Source: a virus (lineage: Duplodnaviria; Caudoviricetes). Taken from it: 64,000 nucleotides of DNA. The stretch spans positions 2,999 through 66,998 of the IMG/VR virus record IMGVR_UViG_2684623061_000003; one strand, given 5' to 3'. The notes under the pieces were generated by a model. That model searched no databases. It was not told the DNA's origin and saw only the letters and a program-made list of their open reading frames with translations. Shown one piece after another: positions 46,998-56,688 of this stretch (positions within the stretch are counted from its first letter, which is position 1; each line of letters begins with the position of its first letter). Made by a program: the position numbers and the translations under genes.

Positions 46998-47130
46998 GCC
47001 GGCTCTCCTCGGTTGAGATGAACCCGTGGGGCGCAGTGCCCCACGCCAATCGCACGATAGCGAATTCCCTACCACCCCGGTCTTCGCCAGCTCGGCGAAG
47101 GCCATGTTGTCTGATTCGCGGAATCTCCTC

Positions 47131-47367
47131 ATGAATATCTGGGTCCAGCTTGCGATCTGGGTCATCAGCTACTTCGTCTCGGCAGCCGCACGGCCGAAAC
47201 CGCCGCAGCCCAAACCCGCTGCGTTCGGCGACTTCCAGTTCCCGCAAAGCACCGAGGGCACGCCGCAGTCGGTGGTGTTCGGCGATGTGTGGACGCCGGA
47301 CTGGATGGTGCTCGGCGTCGGCCAGTACCGGACCCAGCCGATCAAACAAAAGGGCGGCAAGAAGTGA
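47131..47367 (+). CDS. Small tail assembly protein
   Basis: DFQFP...EGTPQ.VVFGDVW; D3112-like tail order. Confidence 0.8.
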   Translation: MNIWVQLAIWVISYFVSAAARPKPPQPKPAAFGDFQFPQSTEGTPQSVVFGDVWTPDWMVLGVGQYRTQPIKQKGGKK

Positions 47368-47585
47368 TCGTGACCCTCGATCACCTACGCCGCGCGCCGG
47401 GCTTTGGGCCCCGCCCGGGCTTCTGTGCGCGGGGCGGACGCGAGTGGTTTGCCTACTATGGTCTGGACTGGAACGCATTCCTACGCAACGGCATCGACGC
47501 CGAGACCATCGAAGCGACCGGCGACGCATTGGGGCTGCACCTGGTCGCGTTCGCGCGCGCGGAGGCCGAGCGTGGGCAGCAGTAA
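47364..47585 (+). CDS. Small tail-associated protein
   Basis: GFCARGGREWF..YGLDW.AF...GI.AE...ATGDA. Confidence 0.8.
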   Translation: MIVTLDHLRRAPGFGPRPGFCARGGREWFAYYGLDWNAFLRNGIDAETIEATGDALGLHLVAFARAEAERGQQ

Positions 47586-49785
47586 GAAGCAGACGGTCGG
47601 GCATCGCTATCTGTTCGGACTGCATATGGGCCTGTCGCGTGGCCCGCTGGACGAGCTAGTTGAGATCCGGGTCGGCGACCGCGAAGCCTGGAAAGGCTCG
47701 GTCACGAAGACGAGTCGTCTCTTCATCAACAAGCCTGACCTGTTCGGCGGCGACAAGGGGGAAGGCGGAATCAAGGGGTGGTTGGACGTGCTAATGGGCG
47801 AAGCGGCCCAGGCGGTCTTACCTGCGTTGGGCGCGCTGCACGGCGTCCCGACGCCGGCCTTCCGCAACGTCACCACCCAATACTTCGATGGCCAGATCGC
47901 GGCCAACAATCCGTACCCGAAGCCTTGGAAGATGCGCGTGCGCCGCGCGCTGGCGGGATGGGACGGCGCACCCTGGTATCCCGAGAAGGCGGTGATCTGG
48001 CTCGCCAACGGCTCTATCCGGGCGATGAATCCTGCGCACATCCTGGTCGAGTGCTTGACCAACCGCGATTGGGGCCGAGGCCTGGACCGGGGCGTGCTGG
48101 ATGAAGCCAGCTATCGCGCCGCCGCCGACACGCTGCACACCGAAGGGTTCGGGTTGTGCCTGCGCTGGAACCGGCAATCGCCGATCGCCGACTTCATGCA
48201 GGTCGTGATCGACCATGTCGGTGCAGCTCAGTACACCGATCGCTCGACCGGTAGGCTGACGCTGAAGCTGCTGCGCGATGACTACCGGATCGAAGACCTA
48301 CCTGTGTTCGACTATGAGTCGGGCCTGCTGGCTATCGAGGAGGACGAGGGCGCGGCGCAAGACGGTGCGATCAACCAACTGATCGTCACGTGGTACGACC
48401 CGATCAAGGACGAAGAGCGACAGATCCGGGTCGAGGACTTGGCCGGTATCCAAGCCACCGGCGGCGTGGCTTCCAGCACGACGGACTACAAGGGCCTGCC
48501 GACCGCAGAGTTGGCAGGGCGGGTGGGCATGCGAGACCTGACCGTTGCCTGTTCCGGGCTCAAACGGTTGAAGCTGCGCTTCGACCGCCGCGGCGGCCTC
48601 CTGGCGCCCGGCGGCGTCTTCCGTGTTCGCGAGCCGTTTCGCGGCCTGGACAACCTGGTCTTGCGGGTCGGGACGTTCGACGACGGCAAGCTGGCCGAGG
48701 GGGCGATTACAGTCGCCGCAGTGCAAGACGTGTTCGGCTTGCCTATGACGGCCTATTTGGAGCCGCAACCTCCGGTCTGGATGCCGCCGGACCGCATCCC
48801 GCACCCGTCGCCGAATCGGCGGTTGATCGAGGCCAGCTACCGCGACTTGGCCAGCACGCTCAATGCTACGGAGTTGGCGGCTGTCCCGGTTGATGCCGGT
48901 GCCGTTCTGGCGGTGGCCGAACAAGCGGGCGGCCTGGCGCTGAACTACGTGCTGACGACCCGTGTCGGCAGCGGCGAGTTCAGCGAGGCCGGCGTCGGCG
49001 ATTGGTGTCCGACCGCCGTGCTGGCCGAGGCAATGACCGCCACCACGGTGGCGATGCAACTGGCCGCGGGTCGAGGGCTGGATCAGATCACGGCCGGCAC
49101 GGCCGCGTTGGTCGAGGACGAGATCGTCCGCGTCGTCGCCATCGACCCGCAAGCGCAGTCCGCCACGTTGGCGCGGGGGTGCGCTGATACGGTGCCGGTG
49201 CCGCACGCGGCCGGTGCGCGAATTTGGTTCTACGATGATTTCGCAGCCAATGATCCGACCGACTACAGCATCGGCGAAACCTTGCAAGCGAAACTGCTGA
49301 CGCGGACCTCCAGCGCGCAGCTCGATCCCGCGCTGGCGCCGGTGGACACGGTCAAGCTGGCCCAGCGGCAGGCGCGGCCGTATCCACCCGGCGACCTGAA
49401 GCTCAATGGGCAGCGCTATCCGCCGTCGATCGACGGCGACCTGGTGGTGTCTTGGGCCCACCGCGACCGAAAACTTCAAGCGGACCAATCGGTCGATCAC
49501 GGGCAAGGGTCGATTGGCCCGGAGGCGGGAACCACCTACGTATTGCGGCTGTTGGACGACATCGCCGGCAGCGCGCTAGACAGCCCGGCGTCGATAACAG
49601 GAACGAGCTATGTCGCGCCGCTCAAGGGCGCCTATCGCCTACGCGCAGAGGTGGGCTCGACCCGCGATGGCCTTTTGAGCTTGCAAAAGGCTACCCACAG
49701 TTTCGACTTCAAGAACGGATTGTTGCGCACGGAGACCGGCGATGAACTGGTCTCGGAGGCGGGCGACTACCTGCTCATCGAGTAA
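47572..49785 (+). CDS. Phage tail (central fibre/host specificity) protein
   Basis: MGSSKKQTVG.RY.FG.HM, MNPAHI..ECLTN..WG.G, RARPYPPG-like motif. Confidence 0.85.
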   Translation: MGSSKKQTVGHRYLFGLHMGLSRGPLDELVEIRVGDREAWKGSVTKTSRLFINKPDLFGGDKGEGGIKGWLDVLMGEAAQAVLPALGALHGVPTPAFRNVTTQYFDGQIAANNPYPKPWKMRVRRALAGWDGAPWYPEKAVIWLANGSIRAMNPAHILVECLTNRDWGRGLDRGVLDEASYRAAADTLHTEGFGLCLRWNRQSPIADFMQVVIDHVGAAQYTDRSTGRLTLKLLRDDYRIEDLPVFDYESGLLAIEEDEGAAQDGAINQLIVTWYDPIKDEERQIRVEDLAGIQATGGVASSTTDYKGLPTAELAGRVGMRDLTVACSGLKRLKLRFDRRGGLLAPGGVFRVREPFRGLDNLVLRVGTFDDGKLAEGAITVAAVQDVFGLPMTAYLEPQPPVWMPPDRIPHPSPNRRLIEASYRDLASTLNATELAAVPVDAGAVLAVAEQAGGLALNYVLTTRVGSGEFSEAGVGDWCPTAVLAEAMTATTVAMQLAAGRGLDQITAGTAALVEDEIVRVVAIDPQAQSATLARGCADTVPVPHAAGARIWFYDDFAANDPTDYSIGETLQAKLLTRTSSAQLDPALAPVDTVKLAQRQARPYPPGDLKLNGQRYPPSIDGDLVVSWAHRDRKLQADQSVDHGQGSIGPEAGTTYVLRLLDDIAGSALDSPASITGTSYVAPLKGAYRLRAEVGSTRDGLLSLQKATHSFDFKNGLLRTETGDELVSEAGDYLLIE

Positions 49786-49787
49786 AT

Positions 49788-50231
49788 ATGGCGAATCAGA
49801 AACTCTCCCAACTGCCTGCAGCCAGTGCGCTGACCGGCGCCGAGCTTGTACCCGTCGTGCAGGGCGGGCAAACGCGAAGTACGAGCATGGCAGCGATTGC
49901 CGACCTCCGTAAGGGCGCATGGCAGACGCCAACACTCAATGCCCCTTGGACGAACTACGGGGACGTCTTCGCCACGGCTGGCTATCGACGCGACGGCGGT
50001 AGAGTGCAGCTTCGAGGGCTGGTGAAAGCCGGCGCCGGCGGAACCGTTATCTTCGTGCTTCCAACAGGGTTTCGCCCGCCCGCGCAGCAGATCTATACAG
50101 CCGTGAGCGATTCGAGCGTCCCGGCTCGCGTAGATGTGAAAGCGAACGGCGAGGTGCTGGTATCGCAGCCGGGTGCCGGCGTGCTCGGGTGGCTATCCCT
50201 CGATGCGGTCGCGTTCTATCCCGATCCGTAG
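49788..50231 (+). CDS. Short tail fibre/receptor-binding-like protein
   Basis: KLSQLPAASALTG.E.VPVVQGG; YRRDG.RVQLRGL, IF.LP.GFRP. Confidence 0.75.
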   Translation: MANQKLSQLPAASALTGAELVPVVQGGQTRSTSMAAIADLRKGAWQTPTLNAPWTNYGDVFATAGYRRDGGRVQLRGLVKAGAGGTVIFVLPTGFRPPAQQIYTAVSDSSVPARVDVKANGEVLVSQPGAGVLGWLSLDAVAFYPDP

Positions 50232-50341
50232 ACGCTATTGGGGATGGGCGGCCGAGACGCGACCTATTGAGTCACACTCGCTCGGTACGGGCCATCCAAA
50301 CTATGAAGCGTGGCGTTCAAATTCGCCTCCAAATGTTCAGC

Positions 50342-50884
50342 TCAATAGATGGGTTCGTTCGCTGGCGTGTCTTGCCTCATGCAGAGGTTGCCCAAGATTG
50401 TCTCGCCATACTTGGCCCAATTTTCGTCCCAGGTCTCTACAGAACACTCGAAGGTGAAGACATGAACGCTATCAGCCGTATTGTTTACGGCTAAGAATTT
50501 GTGAACCGTGACTGGCCTGAGCCCAGGAGAGCGGTCGACATAGCGTGCAATCACGCGCACGATTTCGCCTTGCACTTTCTCATTGAGCAGCAGGATGTCC
50601 TCCTTCGCACGTTCCTGCAGAAAGGGAAGGAGATGTGCGGAGGCAACGGCCTCCGCATTGGCGCTATAGAGTGCGCCCGCATTGCGAATGATCTGGAACG
50701 TAAATCCCGTCTCGAAGAAATCAGTTTCGGAGAATGTCTCAGGACTGGTCGCATGAAGGTCAACAGACGGTTCTTTCATCGTATCGACTTTGCTTCGCTC
50801 ATTCCAGCCTAGTGGCTTCAGGACGAAAACGTCACTGAACTGCCTCCATTCAAATCCATTTGGTGCCGATGGGAGGTGGGTCAT
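50342..50884 (-). CDS. Hypothetical protein
   Basis: 180-aa ORF with AGGAG RBS. Confidence 0.65.
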   Translation of the reverse strand: MTHLPSAPNGFEWRQFSDVFVLKPLGWNERSKVDTMKEPSVDLHATSPETFSETDFFETGFTFQIIRNAGALYSANAEAVASAHLLPFLQERAKEDILLLNEKVQGEIVRVIARYVDRSPGLRPVTVHKFLAVNNTADSVHVFTFECSVETWDENWAKYGETILGNLCMRQDTPANEPIY

Positions 50885-50966
50885 GAAGGGCTCCTGCGCT
50901 GCATGCTGAAGGGTGACGCTTCTTGAGGCGATGTCGGCTATGTTGCCGGGACTACCTCAGAGAAAG

Positions 50967-50990
50967 AAAGGCCCCGTTGTCGGGGCCTTT
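50967..50990 (-). terminator. Intrinsic terminator; related copy at 51471-51487
   Basis: aaaggccccg-ttgt-cggggccttt vs gccccg-ttgc-cggggcc. Confidence 0.7.
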
Positions 50991-51026
50991 GCTAATTCCA
51001 TAGATCAAAAAGCAAAAAGCTCAACC

Positions 51027-51395
51027 CTACTTCTCACAGACCAACTTCGCCGGTGGAGTTAGGCCACCCTGATGGCGGGTGAAATCACAGGAAGTAACAG
51101 GGCCTAGGTTTCTGGTGAGAACAGCAGCGGAATCTCTATATTCGCACTCGACCCAGATATCCATGTCCCTAAAGCTCCAGGTTTGTGTTCCCTTTACTTT
51201 GCCGGGGACTGGCATCACGGATCGGCGTTTGGAGGGCTCTTCGGTGTAGAGCATTACCCGATCCAAACGTCGAGGATACTTCCTAACGGACACGCTCCAG
51301 CCTGGAACGGGTTGGATGCTTTGCACATCTTCAATTACTGGCGGGCATGCGGTGATCTGCATCCCAGCAGCCAGCACTACTGTATAAATTGACAT
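51027..51395 (-). CDS. STY0301/Tai2-like periplasmic immunity protein, copy 2
   Basis: Short signal, CP..I, WV.C.Y..S..VL.R.L..V..C, terminal C. Confidence 0.75.
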   Translation of the reverse strand: MSIYTVVLAAGMQITACPPVIEDVQSIQPVPGWSVSVRKYPRRLDRVMLYTEEPSKRRSVMPVPGKVKGTQTWSFRDMDIWVECEYRDSAAVLTRNLGPVTSCDFTRHQGGLTPPAKLVCEK

Positions 51396-51493
51396 GGGCA
51401 CCTAGCGGTATAATTAGGCATACCCAAGGAGCGACTACTCTCCTCAGGATTTCATGTCCACAAAAGCAGAGCCCCGTTGCCGGGGCCATTCCC

Positions 51494-51868
51494 CTATTTT
51501 GTGCAGACAAATGTAGGAGGGGCAGCACTGGGTTGTGCAGGACGAACGAATGCGCATCCACTAACGGCTCCAATCTTACGTCGCAGTACTGCTGCGGAGT
51601 GTGAGTACTTGCAGTCGACCCAGACCTCTTTGCCTTTGCCCCACTCGATTTGTCCCGGCTTCTTAGTGCTGCCGATCAAGAGCCTCATCTCTTCAGGCGG
51701 ACCATTAAAAACGTCGACTTCTGATAGCGAATGCCGGCTCACGGGGACCAGGACACTCCACTCCGTGGGGGGAGGGGTAACAATCTGCTCATCTTGAATA
51801 GCCTCCGGGCAACCAACGATCTGAATCGCCGATGCCAACACAGCAGCATAGATTGACATGAGGTTCAC
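51494..51868 (-). CDS. STY0301/Tai2-like periplasmic immunity protein, cognate copy
   Basis: Overlaps Rhs stop; same 4-Cys pattern (CPEAI...FNGPPEE...WVDCKY...VSGC...C). Confidence 0.78.
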   Translation of the reverse strand: MNLMSIYAAVLASAIQIVGCPEAIQDEQIVTPPPTEWSVLVPVSRHSLSEVDVFNGPPEEMRLLIGSTKKPGQIEWGKGKEVWVDCKYSHSAAVLRRKIGAVSGCAFVRPAQPSAAPPTFVCTK

Positions 51869-54800
51869 CAGGTAATAGTGAAGAAGTTTTTCGCAGAATT
51901 TACGTAGCTTCTATGGAAGTCGCCATCGTTGTAATCCCACGCCAGGGTTCTGGTCCGCACAACGGAATACTGTGGCCACTGGTCAATGACGACTATACCG
52001 TCACCGCTTCGAGTGTAATGCACAAATATCGCGGCATGGGCGATGCCATCTTGAGGAAAGAGTCCCTTTTCGTTGAAGGTGGCGATTGCAGTTCCGGGTT
52101 GTAGCGGTAGCCCTGGCTTTAGACGACGACCAGCGCGCCAAGCGGTTGTGTGGGGCGCCTTAAACCAGACTTTGATCAGCTCTGCGCACCAGTAGATTCC
52201 ATTGTTGTCTTCATCCGCTGCAGGGAGCTCAATCGTGCGAGCGAAGATCTGGCTGGAAATGTCCTTAGCGTTCGGATAGACGTGTTCCTTCAAGCGATTT
52301 CCGGCGATTCCTTCAAGCGAGCCAATCGGGCCGTTTGACCATGCCATACCCCTACCGCCAGCGAGCAGCGTCTGCAGCCCATGGCGATCTGTGCCGTTGA
52401 GGGGCGCCGCGCCCACGTACCCGTAAGTTGATATGCCTCCGGATAGACCAATGGGATCACTTTGAACGTATCGTCCTGACACAGGGTCGTAATCGCGGAA
52501 GTGGTTGTAAATCAGCCCCGTAGCGGTATCAAAACGCTGCCCCGGGAACCGCATATCGAATACGAACGCGGTGCCGTCCTGATCGGGGTCCTGGTTCGGC
52601 GGGCTGTTGCCGAAGGCTTCGCCCTTTGCATCCCAGGTCCAGACCGCGAGGTTGCGGCTCGGGTCGATCACCGCGCGCGGGGTGCCCAGGTGGTCGGGTT
52701 GCACGTAACGCAGGGTCTGGGCGACGCCGGCACCGACGACCAGGCCGACCGGGGCGTCGCCTAGCCAGATGGCTTGTTGCTTGGTCGCGCCGTTAGCGTC
52801 GTAATCGCCGAGCCAGTGGCCGGCCTCGTCGTACAACGTGTAGCCGGTGATCGCCCCGGTCGCGTTGTCGGCTCGCGATACCCGCTCGCCCTTGGCGTTG
52901 TAGCGGTAGCTGGCCTTCACCACGCCCGCCTGCTTGACTTGGCTCATGCGGTCGTTGGCGTTGTAGACGAATTCCCTCGCCGTGCCGCCGATGCTGGTGG
53001 TGTTGCCGACGGCGTTGTAACCGCGGCTGACGCCGCCGACATTGCTCAGGCGGTGACTGGTGCCCGGGTAGGTGTAGCTGATGGTGATGCCACCGCGCAG
53101 CAGGCTGCTGCGGTTACCGGTGGCGTCGTAGCCGTAGGTCTCCAACGCCGTGCCGGTCGGGCCGTCGCGGGTGATCTTCAGCCGGCCCAGAGTGTCGTAG
53201 TCGTACTTGGCCAGGAACGCGCTTTGCAGGCCATCCTTGAGTTCGGTCAGCTCGCCGACTTCGTTGTAGCCGTAGGCCAACGACAGGCCGCCCGCGGCGC
53301 TGTCGAGGATCGTCTTAGCGCGGTAGTCCTGGTCGTAAGTGCGGGACAAGCTACGGCCGTTGCCGTAGGTCCAGCCGGTGGCCGGGCCGAACGGTTCGTA
53401 GGCGGCGTTGTTGAGCAGCACCGTGCGCACGCCGCCGGCCGGCTTGATGCCGACTTCGGTGACCTGGTCCAGAGTGTTGCGGACGTAATCGACGACGGCG
53501 TTGTCCGGGTAGGTGATGCTGCGCACCTGGCCCGAGCTGGTGTAGGCGTAGCGCAGGGTGAAGCTGCGGGTGCCGACCGTCTGCACCTTGCGCACGAGCT
53601 GGCCCCAACGGTCGTAGCAGTACTTCAGCTCGGTGCCATCGCTGCGCATCGCAGTCACACGCCCCAGGGCGAAGTTCTCGCCGGCGACGCAGACCGAGTT
53701 GACCGTGTCGTAGTCGTACTCGACGTCGGCGGCGCCGCTGCTATACGACACTGTCTTGGGCCGGTTCAGGGCGTCGTAGGTGTAAGTATGACGGTTGGCA
53801 TCGTTGGCGTCCTGCTTACTCGCGAGCAGGCCGGCGCCGTTGTAGCCGTAAATAGTGACGCCGGTATCAGGACTCGCCACCTCGACCCGATCGCCGAAGC
53901 CGTCATAGCCATAAGTGGTACTGAGGCCTTTCGGGTCGGTGACTTTGGTGACCTGGTCGAGCGCGTTGTATTCCAGCTTGGTCTCGACTGCGAGGCCGCC
54001 GACGTCCTGCAGGGTGCGGCTCAGACGATTCAGCGGGTCGTGGTCCTGGTTGGTGACGCGGCTCAAAGCGTCGGTGGTCAAGTCCGGGTTGCCGTCGTTG
54101 TCGTAGCTGAAGCTGGTCGCGTGGGCCAACGAATCCTTGACGGTCTGCAACTGCCCCAGGGTGTTGAAGACACGCGACAGGGTGCGCTTCAAAGTGCCGC
54201 TGGCAGTGTTGATGTCCTCCCGCTTGCGGTTGCCGGCCAGGTCGAGGGTGTACTGGATCTTGTTGCCGGCCTTGTCGGCCACGCTGGTCAGGCGCTGGGC
54301 GGTGTCGTAGGTGTAGGTGATGTAGGCGCCGCCGGGCGGGGTGATGCGCTTGACCAGACCGGTCGGCCAGTACTCGACCCGGGTGATGCGGTCGTCGGTC
54401 TCGACGCTGTTGTCGGCGCCGCGCACCTTGGTCGCGGCGATCCAGCCGCGCGGGTGGTACTCGTAGTCGGTGACGATGCCGTTGGCGTCGGCGACCGACA
54501 GCGGACGGCCCTGCGGGTCGTAGCCGAAGGTCTCGGTGCTGCGGCCCAGCGCATCGACGACTTTTCGCAGGTCGCCCTTGCGGTAGGTGCACAGCGCCGG
54601 CTGGGTCGCGCAGGTGCTGTCGTCGCTGCCGTAGTACTGGAACGTCGTGATGTCGTTGACGTCGGTGCGCGGCCCATCGACCGACTTGACCAGCCCCAAG
54701 ATCGGGCAGGTGCTGTTGCTCGCGGCCACGTCGGCGGCTTCGCAATAGGCATAGGCGGTCGTGCGGGTCTGGTTGCTGACTGTGTCGCGTACGGTGACCG

Positions 54801-56634
54801 TAACCGGCTGCAGACGCGCGTTGCGGACGATGCGAGTCTCGCGGTTGTCGGCTTGGGTCAGCAGCGTGCGGTTGCTGGCGATATCGCGACGTTCGGTGCT
54901 GCTGCGTTCCTGCGGCAGTCCGACTGCTTCCTTGACCGTATGCGTGCGCGCCGGCTGTCCGGTCACCGGGTCGCTGGCTTCGGCATACGCGTGCTTGGTC
55001 TGGGTGCCGTTGCGGTCGGTGACGGTGTCGAGGCGGCGCCGGAAGTCGACCGACTCGGGGTAGTAAGTGCGGGCGACGGTACCCTTGCTGTCGACCACAT
55101 CGCCCGGTTTGCGCGGCTTCGGCAGCGTGGAGCCGGCATCGTTCAAGCCGTAGTTGGTCTGATACCCCAGCGCGTCCGTTACCACCGCACCGCCCTGAGC
55201 GGTATAGGCCAGGGACACCTTGTCCGCCCCGCCGGCGTGCTGGCTGACGATCAGGCGGCCCTGGGCATCATAGGAGAACGTGCTGAAGCGCACTCCGCCT
55301 TCGGCGCTGATCCCGGTCAGGTGTAGCGGAAAGTTGGCGTCCTCATAGTGATAGGTGCGCGACTCCGGCGACGCGAACTGCACGGTCTGCACCTGGCCGT
55401 TCGGGTTATACCCATAGGTCGCAAGCGCCGAGCCGGCCGAGGTGATCGAGGTGATGGGTGAGGCAGTGGACAGGCCACCGTAGTTAACGACCAGCGACCG
55501 GCCGTTGGAGTGGCTGATCGTCGTCAGGCGGCCCGCTGCGTCGTAGACGTAGGCCAGACTGGTGCCGTTCTCGAAACGCCGCTCAACCACACGGCCACCG
55601 GCATTGAAGACCATTACCTCATCGGAGCGGCTCAGCTCCCAGTTGGCTCCGTTTGCGATGATCCGATCGCCGCTGTCGTCCGCGGCCTCGAAGACATTCG
55701 AGCCCAGATTGCGGAAGGCCAGATGGGAGCCGTTCGGCTGCACCAGCCCAATGACGGTCGGGAAATCGTTAGCGTTGATCGCAAGCTTGAAGTCGTGCGA
55801 ATGCGTCCAGCCGTGGCCGAAACCGCCGTTGCCGTTGTTGGATGTGGCCGAGTGGTAGTACCGCTGGAGCGAAATCCAGCCGAGATCGAAATCCGATTCG
55901 GTCTCGAACTTGTCGCCGGTCGAGACATCGGTCGGGTTGCCGACCAGGTTGCACGGGTCGCATGCAACAAGCGGGGCTGACAGGAAGTGATTGAAAACGT
56001 CCTCCTTGCAGACGTTTCCGGTGTTCCAGGTCAGATACTCGTTCGAGCAACGGCGGCGATTCCGCAATATAGACTCAGTCGTTGAGGAGTTACCGCAGGT
56101 GGTGCTGCCGATAGGTTTCTGTACGTACCGAACGTCGTAATAGGCGAGCTCTTGGTGCGCAACGCCATCGTCCCAGAAACGCACCCCGCGCCATGCTCCG
56201 TCGACTGTGATCGTCGTATTGGGCGTGCAGCCTGCGGCCGTGCTCTTGTTGTTGTAGTACATGCGTATCGCGTCCAGACTCGCCTGTTCGGTAGCAGTAA
56301 CACCAGCGTTTCCGTTGATATATTCGTGCCAACCGCGAAGAGCGCCGAGCTCATGAGGGATGCCGTAGACGAGTTCGATCCTGTCCTCGAAAATACGACG
56401 ATCACGAACGACACTGATGTACCCATAGCCGCCACCGATAGCCCGGATCGCGGCCTCGGCTTCCTGCTGGGTGTTATAGGTCGTGTCGAAGAATCGCCAT
56501 TTGTGGCCGCTTTCCTGAGCCGAGACTGCGCCATGAAACGCCAGACTAGCCAGTATGACTGAGATGCCCTTCGCCTTTACTACGGGCCTGAGCAGCCTCC
56601 GGATTCGATCGTCCGGACTTCCATTTAAGCTCAT
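51865..56634 (-). CDS. Rhs/YD-repeat toxin with signal peptide-like N-terminus, DUF6531-like domain and Tae2/BPSL0067-like peptidoglycan peptidase C-terminus
   Basis: VGNPTDVSTGDK, YD repeats, RFPGQ..D, YVQSDPIGL.GG..TYGYV...P....D..GL; CT has CAELIK..APHTTAW..G, GTAIATF, HAAIF, VIDQW. Confidence 0.9.
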   Translation of the reverse strand: MSLNGSPDDRIRRLLRPVVKAKGISVILASLAFHGAVSAQESGHKWRFFDTTYNTQQEAEAAIRAIGGGYGYISVVRDRRIFEDRIELVYGIPHELGALRGWHEYINGNAGVTATEQASLDAIRMYYNNKSTAAGCTPNTTITVDGAWRGVRFWDDGVAHQELAYYDVRYVQKPIGSTTCGNSSTTESILRNRRRCSNEYLTWNTGNVCKEDVFNHFLSAPLVACDPCNLVGNPTDVSTGDKFETESDFDLGWISLQRYYHSATSNNGNGGFGHGWTHSHDFKLAINANDFPTVIGLVQPNGSHLAFRNLGSNVFEAADDSGDRIIANGANWELSRSDEVMVFNAGGRVVERRFENGTSLAYVYDAAGRLTTISHSNGRSLVVNYGGLSTASPITSITSAGSALATYGYNPNGQVQTVQFASPESRTYHYEDANFPLHLTGISAEGGVRFSTFSYDAQGRLIVSQHAGGADKVSLAYTAQGGAVVTDALGYQTNYGLNDAGSTLPKPRKPGDVVDSKGTVARTYYPESVDFRRRLDTVTDRNGTQTKHAYAEASDPVTGQPARTHTVKEAVGLPQERSSTERRDIASNRTLLTQADNRETRIVRNARLQPVTVTVRDTVSNQTRTTAYAYCEAADVAASNSTCPILGLVKSVDGPRTDVNDITTFQYYGSDDSTCATQPALCTYRKGDLRKVVDALGRSTETFGYDPQGRPLSVADANGIVTDYEYHPRGWIAATKVRGADNSVETDDRITRVEYWPTGLVKRITPPGGAYITYTYDTAQRLTSVADKAGNKIQYTLDLAGNRKREDINTASGTLKRTLSRVFNTLGQLQTVKDSLAHATSFSYDNDGNPDLTTDALSRVTNQDHDPLNRLSRTLQDVGGLAVETKLEYNALDQVTKVTDPKGLSTTYGYDGFGDRVEVASPDTGVTIYGYNGAGLLASKQDANDANRHTYTYDALNRPKTVSYSSGAADVEYDYDTVNSVCVAGENFALGRVTAMRSDGTELKYCYDRWGQLVRKVQTVGTRSFTLRYAYTSSGQVRSITYPDNAVVDYVRNTLDQVTEVGIKPAGGVRTVLLNNAAYEPFGPATGWTYGNGRSLSRTYDQDYRAKTILDSAAGGLSLAYGYNEVGELTELKDGLQSAFLAKYDYDTLGRLKITRDGPTGTALETYGYDATGNRSSLLRGGITISYTYPGTSHRLSNVGGVSRGYNAVGNTTSIGGTAREFVYNANDRMSQVKQAGVVKASYRYNAKGERVSRADNATGAITGYTLYDEAGHWLGDYDANGATKQQAIWLGDAPVGLVVGAGVAQTLRYVQPDHLGTPRAVIDPSRNLAVWTWDAKGEAFGNSPPNQDPDQDGTAFVFDMRFPGQRFDTATGLIYNHFRDYDPVSGRYVQSDPIGLSGGISTYGYVGAAPLNGTDRHGLQTLLAGGRGMAWSNGPIGSLEGIAGNRLKEHVYPNAKDISSQIFARTIELPAADEDNNGIYWCAELIKVWFKAPHTTAWRAGRRLKPGLPLQPGTAIATFNEKGLFPQDGIAHAAIFVHYTRSGDGIVVIDQWPQYSVVRTRTLAWDYNDGDFHRSYVNSAKNFFTITW

Positions 56635-56688
56635 GTGATCTGTCCTTGAGGGTTGAAATAGAAGCAGCGCCCGCGTGACTTCGCGGGA

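Larger units (their letters stand above)
45618..47115 (-). mobile_element. IS110-family insertion sequence (IS1111-like layout)
   Basis: TCTGAT core on both flanks (45618-45623, 47110-47115); 7-bp subterminal IR atggcct/aggccat; transposase inside. Confidence 0.88.
1..50231. mobile_element. Temperate siphovirus-like prophage (lambda-like head, D3112-like tail tip, serine integrase). Left att probably lies beyond the window edge; right boundary not defined
   Basis: Contiguous, mostly translationally coupled integration, replication, terminase, portal, capsid, tail and lysis genes. Confidence 0.93.

Noticed and set aside
47026-47165. Extended N-termini of the transposase and small tail gene in the ORF track
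   Set aside because: They cross the IS boundary; RBS-supported starts are 46997 (minus) and 47131 (plus)
52774-55326. 850-aa plus-strand ORF
   Set aside because: Antisense shadow of the high-GC3 Rhs core
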